Source: Vulcanimicrobiaceae bacterium (lineage in GTDB: Bacteria; Vulcanimicrobiota; Vulcanimicrobiia; Vulcanimicrobiales; Vulcanimicrobiaceae). Taken from it: a stretch of DNA of 19,389 bases. Positions 15,740 to 19,389 of this stretch are shown one piece after another. The stretch covers positions 1 through 19,389 of the forward strand of contig JBHEMM010000041.1 of NCBI GenBank assembly GCA_046262595.1, written 5' to 3'. Positions within the stretch are counted from its first letter, which is position 1. Every line of letters starts with the position of its first letter. The notes beneath the pieces were generated by a model. The model made no database searches, had not been told where the DNA came from, and saw only the letters and a program-made list of their open reading frames with translations. Both the position numbers and the translations under genes were made by a program.

Positions 15740-16813
15740 CTACCGTGCAACCGAAAGCGTTGCCGGCGGGCGCGCCGCGAGCGCGTATGCGCCCGCCAGG
15801 TATGCCAGGGTCGACTCCGCGCCCATATTCATGTTCACGGAATCTTCGTTTAAGCCGTCCATGCAGCCGCCGTTGCGGGCCATCACCACGCCGCGGGAGT
15901 TGCGCCCGTAATACCAATCAAGGGCAATCTGCGCCGTTGTCCGGTATGCCGGATCGCCCGTTGCATCGTGAGCCACCAGCGCCGCATCGATCATTGCGGC
16001 CGCCTCCAAGGGCTGCTGCGAATATCTCGGCTTCACGCCGCCACGCTGAAACCAGCCTTTATTGCCGACCGGCACGTAGATGCCGTCCTCGACCGTAGCG
16101 CGTTCGTGGAACTCGAACGTGCGCAGACCAATGGCGATCAGCTCGTCGTCACGCAGGCTCAGGCCGGCGCGCAGCATCGCCTCGGGCAAACGGGCATTGT
16201 CGTACGTCATCGCGTTTTCGAACCATTGCCAGTCGCCCTCGCGCACGTCCAGATAGTTTTGCTTGAGCGAACCGGCAAGCGCGCCAATGTGGCGGCGATA
16301 CTGCGCCGCTTCTTCATGAGCCTCACTGGATTGGAGCGCGTGGGCCAAACCCAGGATCGCATAGGCTTGCGAGCGCGGGTGCTGGAGCCACGCGATCGAT
16401 GTGAGCGCCTTGTCGAACAACTTCTTGGAGGTGCGCTGCCACGAAGCGCGGGCGGCGTGACGCATGCCGTAACCCAGCGACCACAGCGCACGCCCGACAG
16501 AGTCGTGCGTTCCCACAGCATCGAGCCACGTGCGGTCGTAGCCCATGAAGTTGTGGAACCGCCCATCGTCGATCTGCGCATCGTGTAAGAACGAAAGATA
16601 GACCGGCGCAAGCCGCTCGGCTACCGAGTCATGCGGATCGATCTGCAGTTTGGCGAGCACGACCATGAACGCACGCGAGATGTCGTCGGTGCAGTAACCC
16701 GTCCCACGGTTCGGCACATCCTCGACCGCATGCTGAATCACGCCCACGTCGTCGCTGAGCGTGATCAGATGTTCGAGCGTCGGCAGCGAACGCGCGCCTT
16801 CTAACCTATGCAG
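15740..16813 (-). CDS. GT4-associated six-hairpin glycosidase-like protein
   Basis: LITLSDDVGVIQHA, GYCTDD..RA, GRFHNFM.YDR.W, W.WFE...TYDNARLPEA, QQPLEA and N.NMGAESTLA match the domain usually found fused or adjacent to this GT4 type. The start is uncertain: CTG 16813 chosen, the ORF track gives TTG 16876. Confidence 0.78.
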   Translation of the reverse strand: MHRLEGARSLPTLEHLITLSDDVGVIQHAVEDVPNRGTGYCTDDISRAFMVVLAKLQIDPHDSVAERLAPVYLSFLHDAQIDDGRFHNFMGYDRTWLDAVGTHDSVGRALWSLGYGMRHAARASWQRTSKKLFDKALTSIAWLQHPRSQAYAILGLAHALQSSEAHEEAAQYRRHIGALAGSLKQNYLDVREGDWQWFENAMTYDNARLPEAMLRAGLSLRDDELIAIGLRTFEFHERATVEDGIYVPVGNKGWFQRGGVKPRYSQQPLEAAAMIDAALVAHDATGDPAYRTTAQIALDWYYGRNSRGVVMARNGGCMDGLNEDSVNMNMGAESTLAYLAGAYALAARPPATLSVAR

Positions 16814-18023
16814 AATGAACCAACTCCACTTCTTGCGGCGCGAGATGCGCAAACAGACGGCCGTATTCGTCGGCAACGTGCGGCCACGTCATCTGCCGGC
16901 CGTAGCGGTACGCGCGGCGCTCCGTCGCGCGGCGCAATGCCGGATCGTCGAGCAGGCCGTTGATGATTGATGCGATCGAGGGCGCGTCGCGAAATTCGCA
17001 GAGGAATCCGCGATGATTCGCAAGCACTTCTTTGGCGTACAGGTACGGCGTTGAAACGATCGCCTTGCCGCAACCGACGGCGTACGCAAGGGTGCCGCTC
17101 ACGATCTGCGTCGGATTTAAATACGGCGTTAAATAGATGTCCGTCGCCTGCAGATACGTCACAAGCTCGTCGAAGTCCAAATATTTATCGATCAGATGAA
17201 CGTTATTTTTCAGCCCGTACTCCTGCACGAGCTGCTGCAGCGATTCGCGGTAAGACTCGCCTTCTTGACGGCGGACAACGGGATGCGTCTCGCCTAAAAT
17301 GAGGTATAGCGCTTCGGGATGCCGTCTAACGACGGCGCGCATCGCTTCGATTGCGAACTCCAAGCCTTTGCCGCGGTTGATCAATCCGAACGTCGAGATG
17401 ACCATTCGCTCGCCGATGCCGAAGCTGGCTTTGAACGGAGCCGTATCGCGGAACTCGATGTCCGGCACGCCGTGATGAATGACGCGCAACCGGTCCGGAT
17501 CGACGTGATAGACGTTCGCGAGAAGGTCGCGGCCGGTGTGGGAGAGGGCGATCACGACGCTTGCGTAGCGGCAAAGCTCGCGCGTCACGCGCAGCATCTG
17601 TTCGTCGGGTTCCGGAAGAATCGTGTGCAGCGTCACGGTGATCGGTTTTTCAACCGCACGCAGCAGATCGACCAGCCACTCGCCGCGCTCTCCGCCGAAC
17701 AAGCCGTACTCGTGTTGGATGTTCAGCACCGCCGCAGGATGCGCGTTGACGATGGCGGCCACGTCCAAATACGATTCACGTCGCTCTTGCGAGAGACGGG
17801 CGACGACGCGCGGGCCGTACTGGCGCACTTCGCCGCCCGGCTCGTCGATCGCGATAATTTCACTGCTGGTTCTGAACGCGTTGTCGAACGCGTCCACGAC
17901 GTCTTTGGTGAACGTGGCGATCCCACACTCGCGCGGCGGAAACGAGCCAAGAAAGAGCGTGCGCGGCACTGAAGCCACGGCGAGCGCGTCTTGGGCCCTT
18001 CCTATCACCAAAAATGTCTCCAA
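16806..18023 (-). CDS. Glycosyltransferase family 4 (mannosyltransferase-like)
   Basis: SFPPRECGIATFT, IQHEYGLFGG, IHHGVP, TFGLI..GKGLE, G.THP, SGTLAYAVGCGKAIVSTPY.YA.E. The true start may be 18011 or 18008, after GGAG. Confidence 0.93.
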   Translation of the reverse strand: METFLVIGRAQDALAVASVPRTLFLGSFPPRECGIATFTKDVVDAFDNAFRTSSEIIAIDEPGGEVRQYGPRVVARLSQERRESYLDVAAIVNAHPAAVLNIQHEYGLFGGERGEWLVDLLRAVEKPITVTLHTILPEPDEQMLRVTRELCRYASVVIALSHTGRDLLANVYHVDPDRLRVIHHGVPDIEFRDTAPFKASFGIGERMVISTFGLINRGKGLEFAIEAMRAVVRRHPEALYLILGETHPVVRRQEGESYRESLQQLVQEYGLKNNVHLIDKYLDFDELVTYLQATDIYLTPYLNPTQIVSGTLAYAVGCGKAIVSTPYLYAKEVLANHRGFLCEFRDAPSIASIINGLLDDPALRRATERRAYRYGRQMTWPHVADEYGRLFAHLAPQEVELVHSA

Positions 18024-18099
18024 ACGCCGGCTCGGGCAAAACTCAAACTCGCGTCAGGTGGCTAAGCCGGCAGAAGCCTCCTGCGGGTCACTCGTTTTT

Positions 18100-18127
18100 A
18101 TACCCGTGCGTTCTTTACGGGTAAACC
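18100..18127 (-). promoter_or_regulatory. SigF/SigB-type general-stress promoter for the GT4 gene pair
   Basis: Minus strand GGTTT (18127-18123), 17-nt spacer, GGGTAT (18105-18100). It overlaps a 7-bp inverted repeat TACCCGT/ACGGGTA (18101-18123). Confidence 0.6.
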
Positions 18128-18160
18128 TGATCAAGCAGGCATTGGTTGCGCTTGGTTGCC

Positions 18161-19183
18161 TTACCCGGCGGCAACCGGCGTCGTCGGACCGACGCGGGAG
18201 TCTTCGGGCAGCTTCGTGCCCGCCTCGATGCGCACGTCATGACCTATCACGCTTCCGCGCCCGACGTGGACGCCGCGGCCGATTCGCGCTCCGGTGGCGA
18301 TAATCGCCTCCTCGATGTGCGCGCCGTCTTCAATCACAACATTTTCCCACAGCACGGAATCGCGCACGAGCGCGTTCGCGCCGATGCGGCAGCCCGCACC
18401 GAGCACCACATTGGGGCCGATCGTCGCGCTCTGGTCGATAATGACGCCGTCGCCGATGTGCGTATGCGTTAAGGGCATCTTGCCGGAAAGGATGTCGCGA
18501 TGCGCGTTCAAGTAGTGCTCCGGGCGGCCGAGATCGATCCAATAATCATCCGTGGTAAAGGCATACAGCGGACGGTCGCCCCCAAGAATTTTGGGAAACG
18601 TCTCCCGTTCGATCGAAACGTTGCGCCCCGGCGGAATCATCGCCAACACATCTTTTTCCAGCAGATATGTGCCGGCGTTCACTTCATTCGTCGGCTCGGT
18701 GCCCTTGGGCGGCTTCTCGACAAACTGCAGAATGCGCCCGTTGCCGTCGCTCACAACGCATCCGAACGCCGAAGGATCTTCGGCCTTAATGAGATGGAGC
18801 ACGCCCAGGCCGCCCTTTTCGTTATGGAATGCCACCATGGCTTTGAGATCCAGGCTCGTCAGAACGTCGCCGTTCAGCACAAAGAACGGTCCTTTGATGT
18901 ACTGCTCGACGTTCTTGATGGCGCCCGCGGTGCCGAGCGGTTCGTCCTCGATCACGTACGTGATGTTCATGCCCACGCGCGAACCGTCGCCGAAGTAATC
19001 GGTAATCGCTTGCGGCATGTAGCCCGCCGGGAGGATGACGTCGCGAATGCCGGCCTCGTGCAGCCGTTCCAGCGTAATCGCCAAGAACGGCACGTTCATG
19101 ATGGGCACCATCGGTTTCGGCGTTCCGAACGTGAGCGGCCGGAGCCGCGTCCCCTCACCGCCAACCAACACAATTGCCTGCAC
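18161..19183 (-). CDS. Sugar-phosphate nucleotidyltransferase (mannose-1-phosphate guanylyltransferase-like)
   Basis: QAIVLVGGEGTRLRPLT...PKPMVP, EPLGTAGA, VLNGDV, FVEKP, YWIDLG and hexapeptide repeats. GTG start at 19183 has GGAGG 6 nt upstream. Confidence 0.93.
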   Translation of the reverse strand: MQAIVLVGGEGTRLRPLTFGTPKPMVPIMNVPFLAITLERLHEAGIRDVILPAGYMPQAITDYFGDGSRVGMNITYVIEDEPLGTAGAIKNVEQYIKGPFFVLNGDVLTSLDLKAMVAFHNEKGGLGVLHLIKAEDPSAFGCVVSDGNGRILQFVEKPPKGTEPTNEVNAGTYLLEKDVLAMIPPGRNVSIERETFPKILGGDRPLYAFTTDDYWIDLGRPEHYLNAHRDILSGKMPLTHTHIGDGVIIDQSATIGPNVVLGAGCRIGANALVRDSVLWENVVIEDGAHIEEAIIATGARIGRGVHVGRGSVIGHDVRIEAGTKLPEDSRVGPTTPVAAG

Positions 19184-19365
19184 GAGCATCCTCCGGGAGA
19201 AAAGAGAAGGTAGGAGCCGCAAAGCTGCGTCGCCGCAGCTTCATATTCCCTGCTAGGAGCGCCTCAAAGCGGTTCCGACGCTGCCGGAACTGCCACAGCC
19301 GGACGCCAGCTACGGCCGCCCGAATGCGCGCCGGCGGCCCTTGCATGAACGTTTGGAAGTCATGT

Positions 19366-19371
19366 AGTATA
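19366..19371 (-). promoter_or_regulatory. Candidate -10 box for the NTP-transferase transcript
   Basis: TATACT on the minus strand. The -35 would lie at or beyond the window edge. Confidence 0.4.
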
Positions 19372-19389
19372 GGCTGCTCGCAGCGTTCC

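Noticed and set aside
1723..19346. Numerous long antisense or alternative-frame ORFs
   Set aside because: These are typical shadows of GC-rich coding sequence and overlap well-supported genes.
1..19389. CRISPR array, IS/transposase, integrase, rRNA
   Set aside because: No regularly spaced repeats, recombinase or transposase motifs, or rRNA-like sequence were seen.

Overview
The window has two parts. About 1-1630 is an AT-richer accessory segment, probably the edge of a prophage or island. It holds the 3' end of a small Zn-ribbon gene, then a minus-strand unit: sigma70-type promoter, a coiled-coil plus tandem winged-HTH protein, a 12-bp hairpin, and a fully folded class II tRNA with a tRNA-Leu body but an Asp (GUC) anticodon. 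Divergent from this is a plus-strand non-coding unit: a degenerate tRNA-Trp(CCA)-like gene, about 130 nt of structured RNA and a strong terminator. About 1700-19389 is a GC-rich core region. On + it carries an aldo/keto reductase and a ferritin-like gene. On - it carries NTP-transferase, GT4, a glycosidase-like partner, pcrA, dapB-asd-aspartokinase-dapA, WecB/TagA, a second NTP-transferase, comF, ribD-ribE, a thioesterase and two Zn-dependent dehydrogenases. A 10-N scaffold gap lies at 4657-4666. The best lead is the Leu-body/Asp-anticodon tRNA, a candidate natural Asp-to-Leu mistranslating tRNA. All calls are by eye; no searches or folding programs were run.
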